From the NCBI GenBank assembly GCA_965231215.1, contig OZ246423.1, forward strand, positions 832,001 through 896,000: DNA of 64,000 nt. The letters are read 5' to 3'. Origin of the DNA: Candidatus Altimarinota bacterium (GTDB lineage Bacteria; Patescibacteriota; Gracilibacteria; UBA4473). The notes under the pieces were generated by a model. That model searched no databases. It had not been told where the DNA came from and saw nothing but the letters and a program-made list of their open reading frames with translations. A program made the position numbers and the translations under genes. Each line of letters opens with the position of its first letter. Positions within the stretch are counted from its first letter, which is position 1. Shown in pieces: positions 1-11,338 of the stretch.

Positions 1-2
1 GA

Positions 3-3000
3 AATTATCAAGTGTGTGATAATGTAGGGAACTGTGTTACCCTTGCTGATGTGGGGCTTGAAATTGACTGGTATGATCCAGTAGAGCCAGGCATTTCTGT
101 GACTCAGCTCATCCGTAATAAAGATAACGTTGGAGGCATTCAGGCCACAGTAGATGGACAGACTGCTGGTGATAGTTTAGCGGCTGATGATTTATTCCAC
201 TTTCAGATATCAGCAGCAGACCCAGAAGGGGCTAATGCGACAACGCACCCAACACTTTTTGATGGGAATGTATGTGGAAGTGGGGGGACTGCGGCCTTCT
301 TTAAAAGCCAATCGACTGATACTTTCTGTACTCAAAAAGAAGTGGCTTGTGCCCTTTCTTCAACTCTCCGAGGAAGAAAAAATCAACAATCAGGGGGCGC
401 TTGTGCAGCCGGATGTCCTGATGGGTATCTACTAGACGGAAATGTTTGTGTTCCCGGATGTGATTATCGACTTTTTGATGGTTGTTTCCCCTTCTTTTTG
501 ATTGGAGAATCCTGTGACACTTCTACCTGGGCACCCCCCGAATTTGCAGTACCACAAGGACAAGTATTTGTTCAAACCAGTAACTGTGGAGAAACTCGAA
601 ACTGGGTTGGAACTAAACCAATAACCGGATCTATTAAGCACTTCCTAGAAGGAAAACACACTTTTGGAATCTTCTTCTATGATACCTTTAACGATAGTAG
701 TATCTTTAGTAACTTTATGCTGAATACTGGATTTTCTTCTTCAACAGAAGGATTTACCGGAATCAAATCTACACCAGCCGCAACGTCACTTTTCACCCAT
801 CAACCAGGGTATTCGCCGCAGGGAGGGAACTTGCTTAAAATTGAAAGTCAGACACTCTCTGGTGGTTACGCTGCCTGGAAAAAATCAAATATTCCGGTTA
901 TTGCTAATCGGGATTATGTGCTCACTTATTGGCTTAAAACAAATGCCCTCAATAACCAAAATAGTGATGGTCTATGGCCTGTGATTACTGGTAATGGGTC
1001 TTCCCCGAATATTTATACGCAGTATGCTTCAAGTTTAGAGGGAACTCCATCAGATCTTCTTTGGTACAGAGTTGAAGTGCCCTTCACAGTGGATGCTAGT
1101 ACCACGAGTTTAGACTTAGAGTTTCGTTTTGACGGTCAAAACAATAAAGTGGCCTTCATCGATGATGTGCGAATCTTTGAAAGAAATTGGCGATATAACA
1201 CCTCTAAATCTTGGTATAGCGAAACCAAAGATGATGTTAGTGATAATATTTGTGATTATATGGTAGGGGATGGAGATGGAGATCCGCGAGCTGGAGCTGA
1301 TGACCGATGTGGTACTTCGAGCTTCCCAGAGAAAGCGGTTATTGCGTTCACTTCCGATGGGATGTATGTCTTTGACGCAGTGGCAGGAAGCCTTTGGATG
1401 AGTTCGCTTAGAGAGAATAATCCAAGTGTTTGGGGAAGGTTTGTATGGAATGCGCTTCAGACTGGAAGTACTTTTGCTCGAAACGGGAAAATATACTTAG
1501 CGCATCGTTTCAATCAGGGTTCATTTAGTTGTAGTAACTGTAACGGAGCTGTGGTTGTAGGGGATCTGATTGCCGATACTATGTATAGTCATCGGATGAG
1601 TAATTGTTTTAACCTTTCTGGGTATAAAGGAATAGGCAGTTCTTATTCTACTTACTATCCATCTGGCTGTGGACAGCATGCCTATAATTGGAATAATTTT
1701 ATAAAGGATACAATTGATCTGCGAAACTTCCCAGCGCGGGAGCCTTGGACTACCGTGATGCCTGCCAACTTACGAGTAGCGACACATCAAATAAATGATT
1801 CAAGTGTCGCCATTATTGGGGGGAAAACGTACGTGGCAATAGCTACAGACTTTGGGGTAACGCTTTTAAATAAAACAGATAATACCAATCAACACATAGA
1901 ATTTGGAGGTCATAATTCTTCTAACTATAACTGGGACTATCTGCCTTCTACGGCTAATAAATATCGAAGAGTCCATCTTTCTGATGATGGGAAACTTTAT
2001 TATCTGTGGGATTACTATAATGATAGCAAAGCTCGTATTTGGGGTTTGAACGATATTACAACACTGCCTTTTAACAGTAGTATTATTTCCGGATCGAGTG
2101 TTTATACCCATATTATTCAGCCAAATAATGCGAGTGTGAGTTACCCAACAACCGCCCTACCAGATACATCAGATGCTTTTGCGGTGGAAGACACCAGAAT
2201 TTTGGCTGGAGGGAGTGGAGGATTTGAACTCTTTGGAGGGCAATTTGCCACAGGGGCTGAACATCCAAATGTATATAAACAAAGGGTCAACAAAATATTT
2301 GCTGGAGCGCCACTCTATGGAGACGTGTTAGGGCACTGGGTAAACAGTGTACAGGATATTAGTGGTAAAGCTAATGACCTGTCTAACAATGGAGCTACCG
2401 TTTCGGTGGTAGCCCCAAATACAGATTTACAACAGTTTAACTTTGATGGGACTAATTGGATGTTTACCAATGACAGTGACTTTAATGTGAATGGTAAACT
2501 TACCTTTGGAGCTTGGGTTAAAACTACCGCCACCGAAGATACGGATGGGGGATATATTATGTCTAAAAAAGATCAAACCAATACAGACTTTGCTCTCTAC
2601 CGAGACGGGGATTATAAACTCAGATCTGAGGGGGCCGCAGACACACTTATTGATTACACCTTAGATGGTTGGGATTTTGTAGTCACCACCTTTGATGGAA
2701 CTAAAAAGCGGACTTATATTGATGGCCAGAAGGTAAGTGAAGTAGAGGATACAACCACGCTCTTTAATACAGTAGGAGAGCTGGTCATAGGAGCAGGAGA
2801 GGGACTGGGGAGTGGAGACGGAAGTTGTGCTACTAAACCTAGCGGTTTTGCTGGAGGGGATGGAAGTATAGGCAATCCATATCAGATCTGTAGTGTGGAT
2901 CAATTGCAGAATATGAGCAGTAGTCTTTCTTCTCACTATAAGCTTATCGCTGATATTGACGCAAGTGCTACTAGTGGGTGGAATGGAGGCAACGGATTTA

Positions 3001-5204
3001 CTACGATTTCAGGGGGCGCATTCACGGGAACTTTTGACGGAGACGGTTTTATTATTAGTGACTACTACTCAAAAGTTGGGGGATTGTTTTACTCTGTGAC
3101 TGGTGCAGGGGCTTCAGTAAAAAATGTAACGTTTCGAAACGCTCAGCTTGATATTTCGAGCAGTAATAAGGGGCTGGTGGCCAACCAAGGGGGTCAAAAT
3201 GCTGTTTTTGAAAATATTTTGATCGATGGTCTAGATATGAATTTTTCTGGCGGAGGGTCTAGTAACAAAAATCATGGAGGGTTATTGGGGAGCCTGTTTG
3301 AAAACGGAACGGTCAGGGATGTCAAAATTAAAGATATGACCATGAATTTCACCAGTGGGCAACCTTCCGATGTAGGAGGACTGATTGGTTATACTCGAGA
3401 TGTTGGCAGTGTAACTAATATTACAATAGAGAATTTTATAAAAAAGGGTGGTACTAGTTCAACATTTGGTGGATTGATTGGCTCTGCCAGTGTATATACA
3501 GCTTCATTGACAATGAATATTCAAAATATAATTGTTGATTTTAATTTTGATCAGGTTGGTAAAAATACAGCAGGAGTAATCGGTATTTGTGGTAGGGGAG
3601 TAAGCTTCAATAATATTACCGTTTCTGGAGTGATGAGTAATGTGGAAGACGGTAAAATTGGGGGAGTTTTAGGAAGTGGTTCAGCGGATTTCTCTAACAT
3701 TACGATCAATAGTCTTGATATCAGCAGCAAAAGTGATGCTGACTTAGATGAATTTTTAGGAGGAGTTGTTGGAAACTGGACAGGAAAAATAATGAATGGA
3801 ATTAAAATAAATAGTGTCAAAATTATTGGTAATAGCAGCCAATCCGTGTTTGACCTAGTCGGAGGAGTGTTTGGTTCGGCTGCTTCTGGGGCGAGTATTA
3901 CCAATGTAGTGGTGGATATGGTCGAAATTAAATCTCAACGGAATTCTTATTATAAAAAATATGGAAGACATATCGGAGGGGTCGGAGGATATATGGATTG
4001 TGATGCCTCTCTTTGTACAATTTCTAATATTGCGATTAATGGAGGTATCCTGGAAGGAGAAAGGTATATTGGGGGTGTAATTGGAGAAGCTAGGCAGGGG
4101 GTTAACGGATCTAATATTTACATAGATTCGATGGTGTTGAAGGGAAACCTGATAGAAAGTCATCAGCAATTACTTATAGGAGGGATTATAGGAAGGGTTT
4201 ACGATACGGTAGACCTGCGGAATATAGAAGTCTCAAACATAGATATTAACGTGCTTATTAGTTCGGCTGTTGATAGTTATGCTAGTGCTAGTCTTGGGGG
4301 AATTTTGGGAGGATCGCAACATGGAGGTTTTGATCTTAATGATTTCAAGGTGAGCGGATCGCTGAGCGTAAACCGTCCTGGAGGCTGGTGGGGCCCTAGT
4401 GACCAACCGGATAGTATCGGAGGAGTTGTCGGATTTGGAGGGGGGGGGATTACTAACGGAGATATTTCTGGGGTAACGGCTTCGGGGATGTATGTTGGGG
4501 GAGTGTTTAGTAGTTTCTCCGGAATAGTGACCGATATTAATAGTGCCGGTGTAAGTGTAACCGCTACAGGTAGTTGTGAATCTAGATTTGGTAATATCGG
4601 ATGTCGTGGAACAGGGACGATTACCAACACGGCAGATCCGACAGCGGGAATCAGTGGAGTAGATACTTCATCCTGGGCAAGTGCTGGGTCTTCAGCTGTA
4701 GGAGCTCCGACCAATGTAGGTTCCGGCAGTCGATCTGGTTCCAGTTCTGAACCTTCCAATAGTACCGGAGATAAAGTTTTGGAAGGGGCTATAGCTATGC
4801 CATTTGTAGTCAACACGGCCTACACTGATAAACAAATAAAGAACCTCTATAATATCACTCGAGATTGGTTTAATACCGAAACCAAAATCACCCTTCAGGG
4901 AAGCTCAGACGAAGTCGTAGACGTAGCCTTCGGAGATTTTGGAGCTTACTTTGTGGCTACCGGCAGCGGAGTGACACAGTTTGATCTTTCTGGAAGAGTT
5001 CTGAGAACCTTTAGTACCGACCTTCCAAGTACGGACAACGTGCATATTGTTTCCAATAATATTAGCGAGATTGATTATAAAAATGGATGGCTTATTATCG
5101 GATACAATGACAACGGAATCGAAATCGTAAACATTGCTCCAGAAGTAACCGAAATCTTATCTAAATATGATGAATCGTATTATGATCCATATTTCTTTTA
5201 TTAA
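3..5204 (+). CDS. Giant surface/adhesin-like protein, 5'-truncated by the window edge: Cys-rich N-term, CBM-like, LamG and GLUG-repeat domains
   Basis: Frame is open from the window start. Motifs: FAGGDGSIGNPYQI followed by many xGGLIG/IGGV repeats, LamG-like TFGAWVK...WDFVVTTFDG...YIDG, and CBM-like FIDDVRI. Confidence 0.75.
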   Translation, partial: NYQVCDNVGNCVTLADVGLEIDWYDPVEPGISVTQLIRNKDNVGGIQATVDGQTAGDSLAADDLFHFQISAADPEGANATTHPTLFDGNVCGSGGTAAFFKSQSTDTFCTQKEVACALSSTLRGRKNQQSGGACAAGCPDGYLLDGNVCVPGCDYRLFDGCFPFFLIGESCDTSTWAPPEFAVPQGQVFVQTSNCGETRNWVGTKPITGSIKHFLEGKHTFGIFFYDTFNDSSIFSNFMLNTGFSSSTEGFTGIKSTPAATSLFTHQPGYSPQGGNLLKIESQTLSGGYAAWKKSNIPVIANRDYVLTYWLKTNALNNQNSDGLWPVITGNGSSPNIYTQYASSLEGTPSDLLWYRVEVPFTVDASTTSLDLEFRFDGQNNKVAFIDDVRIFERNWRYNTSKSWYSETKDDVSDNICDYMVGDGDGDPRAGADDRCGTSSFPEKAVIAFTSDGMYVFDAVAGSLWMSSLRENNPSVWGRFVWNALQTGSTFARNGKIYLAHRFNQGSFSCSNCNGAVVVGDLIADTMYSHRMSNCFNLSGYKGIGSSYSTYYPSGCGQHAYNWNNFIKDTIDLRNFPAREPWTTVMPANLRVATHQINDSSVAIIGGKTYVAIATDFGVTLLNKTDNTNQHIEFGGHNSSNYNWDYLPSTANKYRRVHLSDDGKLYYLWDYYNDSKARIWGLNDITTLPFNSSIISGSSVYTHIIQPNNASVSYPTTALPDTSDAFAVEDTRILAGGSGGFELFGGQFATGAEHPNVYKQRVNKIFAGAPLYGDVLGHWVNSVQDISGKANDLSNNGATVSVVAPNTDLQQFNFDGTNWMFTNDSDFNVNGKLTFGAWVKTTATEDTDGGYIMSKKDQTNTDFALYRDGDYKLRSEGAADTLIDYTLDGWDFVVTTFDGTKKRTYIDGQKVSEVEDTTTLFNTVGELVIGAGEGLGSGDGSCATKPSGFAGGDGSIGNPYQICSVDQLQNMSSSLSSHYKLIADIDASATSGWNGGNGFTTISGGAFTGTFDGDGFIISDYYSKVGGLFYSVTGAGASVKNVTFRNAQLDISSSNKGLVANQGGQNAVFENILIDGLDMNFSGGGSSNKNHGGLLGSLFENGTVRDVKIKDMTMNFTSGQPSDVGGLIGYTRDVGSVTNITIENFIKKGGTSSTFGGLIGSASVYTASLTMNIQNIIVDFNFDQVGKNTAGVIGICGRGVSFNNITVSGVMSNVEDGKIGGVLGSGSADFSNITINSLDISSKSDADLDEFLGGVVGNWTGKIMNGIKINSVKIIGNSSQSVFDLVGGVFGSAASGASITNVVVDMVEIKSQRNSYYKKYGRHIGGVGGYMDCDASLCTISNIAINGGILEGERYIGGVIGEARQGVNGSNIYIDSMVLKGNLIESHQQLLIGGIIGRVYDTVDLRNIEVSNIDINVLISSAVDSYASASLGGILGGSQHGGFDLNDFKVSGSLSVNRPGGWWGPSDQPDSIGGVVGFGGGGITNGDISGVTASGMYVGGVFSSFSGIVTDINSAGVSVTATGSCESRFGNIGCRGTGTITNTADPTAGISGVDTSSWASAGSSAVGAPTNVGSGSRSGSSSEPSNSTGDKVLEGAIAMPFVVNTAYTDKQIKNLYNITRDWFNTETKITLQGSSDEVVDVAFGDFGAYFVATGSGVTQFDLSGRVLRTFSTDLPSTDNVHIVSNNISEIDYKNGWLIIGYNDNGIEIVNIAPEVTEILSKYDESYYDPYFFY

Positions 5205-5343
5205 AGCTTGGTCAATGCTGAAATACTCTACGAATTTTATGAGGCGTTTGATTTCCTTAGAAAAGAAAGGGGGACCTAAGGTTAAACAAGCTTTGGGAAT
5301 TGGGGGATTGATTAGAGATAAAGCAAACAATAGATTCCCTATA

Positions 5344-6261
5344 ATGAAATTTGGTCTGGGAATGTATGTTTTTCTCCCTTTTCTCGCGTACGCTTCAATC
5401 ACTATTAACACGGCTACAGTAGAGCCCGGAGACCTGATCAGGGCGGAAGACTGGAACAGAATGCAGCTAGACTTGAAAAGCCTAGCCAATGCAATAGATA
5501 TCTTAGGCGCCCAAAACTGGGTGCCAAACGGGAATGACCTCTATTACAATGGTGGAAAAATAGGAATTGGAGTTACTAGTCCAGAAGCCAGTTTGCATAT
5601 TTATGAGGGAACACCGCAGGCTAATCAAGTGATTTTTAAAGTCGCTACCTCTAGCGATGCAGAACGTTTTAGTTTAGATGAAGATGGAGATGTTTCTCTG
5701 GACGGAGACTTGCTGGTTCGAGGAAGTGATATTTATGATAGTGCTGGAAATTTGGAACTCAGTGCCGAAGATAATATGTACCTAGGGATTGATTGGAATG
5801 ACGATGACAATGCGGATACTGGTTACATTGCCTTTGGTAAAAATAGTGCGGGAGACAGTGCCACCTGGGTTGATTTGATGCGCATTACAGAAAGTGGACT
5901 AGTAGGCATTGGAACCACCAGCATAAGTGCAGGGCTTACACTAGATATAGCTGGGGCTATAGGAGCCACAAGTTTCTGTGATCCAGATGGCAACAACTGC
6001 CACGGGGCCGAAACCTTAGGAGTTTCTAATTGCCAGGTACAGAATAGTGCTTTTACTATACTGGGGAATGATTATGGTCAGGGCACTTACAACTGTCCAT
6101 TAGATTTCCCAAACTTAGTCACAGGGGGATGTGATAGAGGGGGGAACGATCTTATCTTTGATCAAAGCGTTCCCACCGCTACTAATGGATGGACGTGTCG
6201 TTTTTATAATAACGAAGCCTCAGATAGAACGGCTTTTGCCTACGGAAAATGCTGTAAGTAA
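5344..6261 (+). CDS. Secreted tail-fibre-like protein with GxIGIGxTSP repeats and a Cys-rich C-terminal tip domain
   Basis: Signal peptide MKFGLGMYVFLPFLAYA at ATG 5344; GKIGIGVTSP and GLVGIGTTS motifs; C-terminus CP...GGC...GWTC...CCK. Confidence 0.65.
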   Translation: MKFGLGMYVFLPFLAYASITINTATVEPGDLIRAEDWNRMQLDLKSLANAIDILGAQNWVPNGNDLYYNGGKIGIGVTSPEASLHIYEGTPQANQVIFKVATSSDAERFSLDEDGDVSLDGDLLVRGSDIYDSAGNLELSAEDNMYLGIDWNDDDNADTGYIAFGKNSAGDSATWVDLMRITESGLVGIGTTSISAGLTLDIAGAIGATSFCDPDGNNCHGAETLGVSNCQVQNSAFTILGNDYGQGTYNCPLDFPNLVTGGCDRGGNDLIFDQSVPTATNGWTCRFYNNEASDRTAFAYGKCCK

Positions 6262-6406
6262 ACCCTGAATTAGGGTTTAATAAATTTTGTAAAAAGAACA
6301 GAAATGAGTCAGAAAGAGGCGGTATGGTTTTGGATCAAGCTATAAGACCGACATTTTTGTTTTTTAAAACCACTCATTTCCTATAGTATTACACCTGAAA
6401 ACAAAA

Positions 6407-8593
6407 ATGAGACCACTCAAACATCTTGGCTTGGCTTTAGGACTTCTTTTTCCAGTCATTGTTTCAGCTTCTGGAATAGACTGGGAAAATTCCATCATGA
6501 TGGTGGAATTTAGTCCAGAGAGTAATTATGTTCCTTCTTTTTCTTGTTTTGGATATACCGATAGGAATACAGCGACCTCTCACTTTAGTGCCTGTAATGG
6601 TTATGCTGGGCCAGAAAGTCATTGCGTCTGGGAAGATTTAGCAACCCTGGGATACGATGATGAAAATAATGATCCAGAGATAGATGATTGTTTTCAACAG
6701 GCCGGAAACTATAAAACTTCAATTTATTTAATTGATTATGCTTTAAATACTCAAGGGCCTGATGTTAGTGAATTTTTGATCAAAGCTGGGCCACCAGACT
6801 CGGACATAAGTGAACTAGAGGTAGATACTACTTGTACCGACCTTTCAGTTGCGGCTAATGGGATAAATACCTGCAATATAACACTGAAAGTTAAAGATGA
6901 GTTTGGAAATCCAGTGACTCAACTTAAAAACCAAACCGGTACTGTTTATTCAGATTCTTCGTTTGCGAGTGATGCGAATTCTGGAGATTATGATTTTCGA
7001 GGAGGAACCAAAATCAATGGTATTACAATTCCTGATTCTACGGGCACTCCTATTGGATTCAGCATCAATAATAATGACGAAGTGACCGCCACTTTAGCGT
7101 TAAGTGCTTGGGCTCCGTCTATTCGAAAAGTAGGAGACTATCTCGGGAAAAACGAAACCTTTAACTATGCTTTCACCTTTGAGGTGCCAGGAGTAGATGA
7201 AGATGGAGATCTCGATTTGACCAACCCTGTAACATTACAGTACAACCAATTTACACCTTCAATTGGGTTTGCGCCTTGGGCCAAAACTATCTTGGAGAAT
7301 ATGGTGACACCACCAGCCTTTATTTTGGATACTCAAATCCCCTTTAAATTAGTGAGAAACGTGGTAGCGCCTACGAGTGGGGGCCCTAATAATTTAGTAT
7401 CAATATTTTTAAAAACAGTAAACCTGCCATCTGGACTATACTTTGAAGGCGTAAGTTTTGATCCCACCTCTATAGATACAACTCAACAAGAAACGATTAT
7501 ATATCCAACCTTAAAAGTTGCTTCAGCAGGATCTGTAATTAGTGGGTCGGTATCTTTTGCTAGTGATATTGCTTATGATATTATCGATAATGGCGTTAAA
7601 ACCATTCGATATCCTTCCGGAGCCGTAGGTGTTGGCTTTGGACAAGATTGTGTTGATGCCGATGATTGTGACGATACCGCCATTGAATTAGGATCGGTAG
7701 GGGCGTCTATTGAAGGGAAATTGGTAGGAGAAAAAGACAAAGGGATTTTGCAGGATTTCAATACCGTGAGATTAGGGAATATTGATTCAGTCGAAGATAT
7801 ACGTGAAGAAGTGTTTGCTAATGCTTTCATTATCACTCGTAGTGCGGCTCCAATATTACAAAGTGGAGAACAAGCGCTCTCATTCAATAGCAGTTGGTTC
7901 ACGAATAATGATGTAGCGTATGTAGAGAATGCCGATGTTAAAATTGGAAGCTCTGGGAGTACGACCAATCTTCCAGCGGGGAAGAAAACACTCGTTATTC
8001 GTAATGGGAATCTGATTATAGAAGGAGATATTGCTTATAGTGATAATCTAGATTCTTTTGGGTTTATACTGGTTAATGACTTAATTGCTCAATACCCAGA
8101 TACGGGAAATATATTCGTTAAAAATAACGTAAAACGAATGGTAGGAACCATATTTGCAGAAGGTACTTTGGCCACTATCCCTAGTACCACTATCGTTGTA
8201 AATGATGGAGATGTAACCCCTGATGATATTTCTAATGGACAAAACGCGAGCAATGATACTCAGCTTCTGTTTGAGGGAACATTGCTGACGCATAATACTC
8301 TTGGGGGCGCTTATTTGATCCAATTTGATACCAACTACTTTACTCCTTGGGGCGATACTACGGGAACCACTCCCACCGATAGAGCTCTGGCTGAAAAATA
8401 CGATTTACACTTTATGCGATACTACCAACCAGTTTATTCTGGGGGGGTTCAGTTAAACGTCTCAGACTGTGTATCAGGAAGCGATCCTTATGGGTGTGAT
8501 AGAAACCCCAATGCCTTTGTGATTCGGTATGATGGAAAAGCTGTTAAATTGGCCCCTCCAGGGTTTGAAGGCGCTTCATTCTTCGGGCGATAA
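6407..8593 (+). CDS. Secreted protein with an invasin/Ig-like domain and a beta-helix-like C-terminus
   Basis: Signal peptide; ANGINTCNITLKVKDEFGNPV is an invasin-like motif. Confidence 0.6.
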   Translation: MRPLKHLGLALGLLFPVIVSASGIDWENSIMMVEFSPESNYVPSFSCFGYTDRNTATSHFSACNGYAGPESHCVWEDLATLGYDDENNDPEIDDCFQQAGNYKTSIYLIDYALNTQGPDVSEFLIKAGPPDSDISELEVDTTCTDLSVAANGINTCNITLKVKDEFGNPVTQLKNQTGTVYSDSSFASDANSGDYDFRGGTKINGITIPDSTGTPIGFSINNNDEVTATLALSAWAPSIRKVGDYLGKNETFNYAFTFEVPGVDEDGDLDLTNPVTLQYNQFTPSIGFAPWAKTILENMVTPPAFILDTQIPFKLVRNVVAPTSGGPNNLVSIFLKTVNLPSGLYFEGVSFDPTSIDTTQQETIIYPTLKVASAGSVISGSVSFASDIAYDIIDNGVKTIRYPSGAVGVGFGQDCVDADDCDDTAIELGSVGASIEGKLVGEKDKGILQDFNTVRLGNIDSVEDIREEVFANAFIITRSAAPILQSGEQALSFNSSWFTNNDVAYVENADVKIGSSGSTTNLPAGKKTLVIRNGNLIIEGDIAYSDNLDSFGFILVNDLIAQYPDTGNIFVKNNVKRMVGTIFAEGTLATIPSTTIVVNDGDVTPDDISNGQNASNDTQLLFEGTLLTHNTLGGAYLIQFDTNYFTPWGDTTGTTPTDRALAEKYDLHFMRYYQPVYSGGVQLNVSDCVSGSDPYGCDRNPNAFVIRYDGKAVKLAPPGFEGASFFGR

Positions 8594-8671
8594 AAAGGGT
8601 CATTTTTTAGTTTAATAAACTTGTTAAAATCGTTTTAACTAGTAACATTTAGGGGATTTTTACCCACAAAA

Positions 8672-11338
8672 ATGTCCGAAGAAGAAAACGCGAATCTTGA
8701 AGGGGCTGAGGCCCCTGAAAATAACGAAGAAAATACCCCTGAAAATACAGAAGTTGAAAGCGAAGAAGCAAGGGCTTCCACTCAACAGCTTACATTTACT
8801 GAATCAGATGGCCATATTACACAGAAAGGGCTGATTCCTGAAATTGAGGAGTCTTATTTGTCCTATGCCATGTCTGTAATTGTTTCGCGGGCGTTGCCAG
8901 ATGTGCGTGATGGATTAAAACCAGTACATCGAAGAATTCTTTATGCCATGCATGAAAATGGCCTTCGAGCTGGAGCCAAGTACCGAAAGTCAGCTAACGT
9001 CGTTGGGGCGGTGCTGGGGAAATATCATCCACATGGAGACACGGCTGTATATGACTCCATGGTGCGAATGGCTCAAGACTTTTCACTTCGATATCCACTG
9101 GTAGATGGGCAGGGAAACTTTGGCTCTATCGATGGGGATAATGCTGCAGCTATGCGTTATACAGAGGCTCGAATGACTCGAGTTTCTGAACTCATGCTGG
9201 AAGATATTGAAAAGAAAACAGTAGATTTTAGAGATAATTATGATGCGACGGCTCAAGAGCCAAGTGTGTTACCGAGTGTGGTGCCACAGCTTTTGCTTAA
9301 CGGAACGATGGGGATTGCCGTTGGGATGGCTACCAACATTCCGCCACATAATCTAGGAGAAGTCATAGAGGCCACTTTGGCTTTGCTTAAAGACCCAGAA
9401 ACAACGATTGATCAACTCTTAGAGCATATCAAAGGGCCGGATTTCCCCACCGCAGGAGAAATTTATGACGGAGGCATTATTAAAGAAATGTACCACACGG
9501 GAAGAGGGGGCGTGATTATGAGAGCCAAAACTACAATTGAAGAACTCAAAGGCGGTAAAAATGCCATTATTGTAACCGAAATTCCGTACCAAGTGAACAA
9601 AGCCGAGCTGATCATCAAAATTGCAGATTTAGTTCGAGACAAAAAAATTATTGGAATTTCAGATCTTCGTGATGAATCTAACCGTGAAGGCATTCGCGTG
9701 GTTATTGAACTTAAAAAAGACGCCTTCCCGAAGAAAATTTTGAACCAACTCTTTAAAAATACGACCTTACAAAAAAGCTTTAACCTTAACATGATTGCCT
9801 TAGTGGATGGGATTCATCCACGATTACTCAATCTTAAACAAGTCCTTAGCTATTTCCTAGATCATCGGTTTGAAGTGATTGTGCGTCGGACTCAATTTGA
9901 ATTAGACGTAGCTGAAGCTAGAGCCCATATTCTGGAAGGTCTCAAAATTGCGCTTGATGATATTGATCGAGTCATTGAAACCATCAAGGCCTCTCCCACC
10001 AAAGAAGAAGCCGGAGAAGCTTTACAGAAAAAATTTGGTCTTTCTGAGCTTCAAGCCAAAGCGATTTTAGAAATGAGACTTCAGACGCTGGCCGGACTTG
10101 AACGACAAAAAATTGAAGACGAACTTGCTGAAAAGCTAAAACTCATCCAAGCGCTTAAATCTATTCTTGAAGACAAAACCAAGCAAGCCGACATTATCGA
10201 AAAAGAATTACTACACGCTAAAGATAAATTTGGAGACAAAAGAAAAACACTCGTGCACGCTCATGGACTTGGTAAATTTAGTGCCAAAGACACCATCCCA
10301 GATGAGGAAATGTTGACCGTGTTGACCGAACAAAACTACATTAAACGAATGAGCCCCAGCAACTTCCGAGCTCAGCGACGTGGGGGAGTCGGAGTCAAAG
10401 GTGCCCAGACCAAAGAAGAAGATATTATTGCCAAATCCGTGTATGGAACTAATCACAATGACTTGCTGTTTTTTACTAACTTTGGACGGGTGTTCTCACT
10501 GCCAATGTATGAAATTCCGGAAGCATCACGAACCGCTAAAGGCACTCCTGTAATTAATTTACTTCAACTTCAACCGGAAGAAAAAGTGACTGAAATTCTA
10601 AATCTCAGCCGATCAGAAGGCAAATACATTGTAATGTGCACCACTGGTGGAACTATCAAAAAAACAGATCTAGAACTCTTCAAAAATATCCGAAGAAGTG
10701 GCCTTATTGCCTGTGGAGTAAAAGAAGGCGAAACGCTGCAATGGGCACGAATGTCTACGGGTGAAGACGATATCTTTGTCGTAACTCATGAAGGGAAATC
10801 GATCCGATTTAATGAAGGCGATGTTCGAGCCATGGGACGAGCCGCCGCTGGAGTACGAGGAATCAGACTCAAAGGAAAAGATCATGTAATCCAAATGGAC
10901 ATTCTTAAAAGTGACGAGGCCAGGCTCCTCACCGTTATGGAAAATGGACTTGGGAAAATGTCGGCTGTATCTGAGTACCGAAACCAATCACGGGGTGGCG
11001 CTGGAGTAAAAGTAGCGAACATCACTAAAAAAACAGGGAAAGTGGCTGGAGCCAGAGTGATTGGATCAGAGGCCAAAGGCGATCTTCTTATCGTCACACA
11101 AAACGGACAAACACTACGAACCCCACTTGAAGGGATTAAAACAGCCGGTCGCGCTACTCAAGGAGTAATTTTGATGAAATCTAAAGACGATACAGTGTCT
11201 TCTATTTCAATTATTCACGAAGAAGACCCAAACAAAAAAGAGCCTGAAGCGCCAAAAGCAGAATCGAAAGACACTCAACCACAACTTGAAATAAACAACT
11301 ATCAAGACGAAAACACCGATGAAGCCGATAAAAGTTAA
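8672..11338 (+). CDS. gyrA: DNA gyrase subunit A
   Basis: [29 protein letters not shown]; GyrA-box-like QRRGGVG. Confidence 0.98.
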   Translation: MSEEENANLEGAEAPENNEENTPENTEVESEEARASTQQLTFTESDGHITQKGLIPEIEESYLSYAMSVIVSRALPDVRDGLKPVHRRILYAMHENGLRAGAKYRKSANVVGAVLGKYHPHGDTAVYDSMVRMAQDFSLRYPLVDGQGNFGSIDGDNAAAMRYTEARMTRVSELMLEDIEKKTVDFRDNYDATAQEPSVLPSVVPQLLLNGTMGIAVGMATNIPPHNLGEVIEATLALLKDPETTIDQLLEHIKGPDFPTAGEIYDGGIIKEMYHTGRGGVIMRAKTTIEELKGGKNAIIVTEIPYQVNKAELIIKIADLVRDKKIIGISDLRDESNREGIRVVIELKKDAFPKKILNQLFKNTTLQKSFNLNMIALVDGIHPRLLNLKQVLSYFLDHRFEVIVRRTQFELDVAEARAHILEGLKIALDDIDRVIETIKASPTKEEAGEALQKKFGLSELQAKAILEMRLQTLAGLERQKIEDELAEKLKLIQALKSILEDKTKQADIIEKELLHAKDKFGDKRKTLVHAHGLGKFSAKDTIPDEEMLTVLTEQNYIKRMSPSNFRAQRRGGVGVKGAQTKEEDIIAKSVYGTNHNDLLFFTNFGRVFSLPMYEIPEASRTAKGTPVINLLQLQPEEKVTEILNLSRSEGKYIVMCTTGGTIKKTDLELFKNIRRSGLIACGVKEGETLQWARMSTGEDDIFVVTHEGKSIRFNEGDVRAMGRAAAGVRGIRLKGKDHVIQMDILKSDEARLLTVMENGLGKMSAVSEYRNQSRGGAGVKVANITKKTGKVAGARVIGSEAKGDLLIVTQNGQTLRTPLEGIKTAGRATQGVILMKSKDDTVSSISIIHEEDPNKKEPEAPKAESKDTQPQLEINNYQDENTDEADKS

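Noticed and set aside
5167-5343. N-terminal extension of the 5167..6261 ORF
   Set aside because: It overlaps the upstream gene, and a signal peptide begins at ATG 5344
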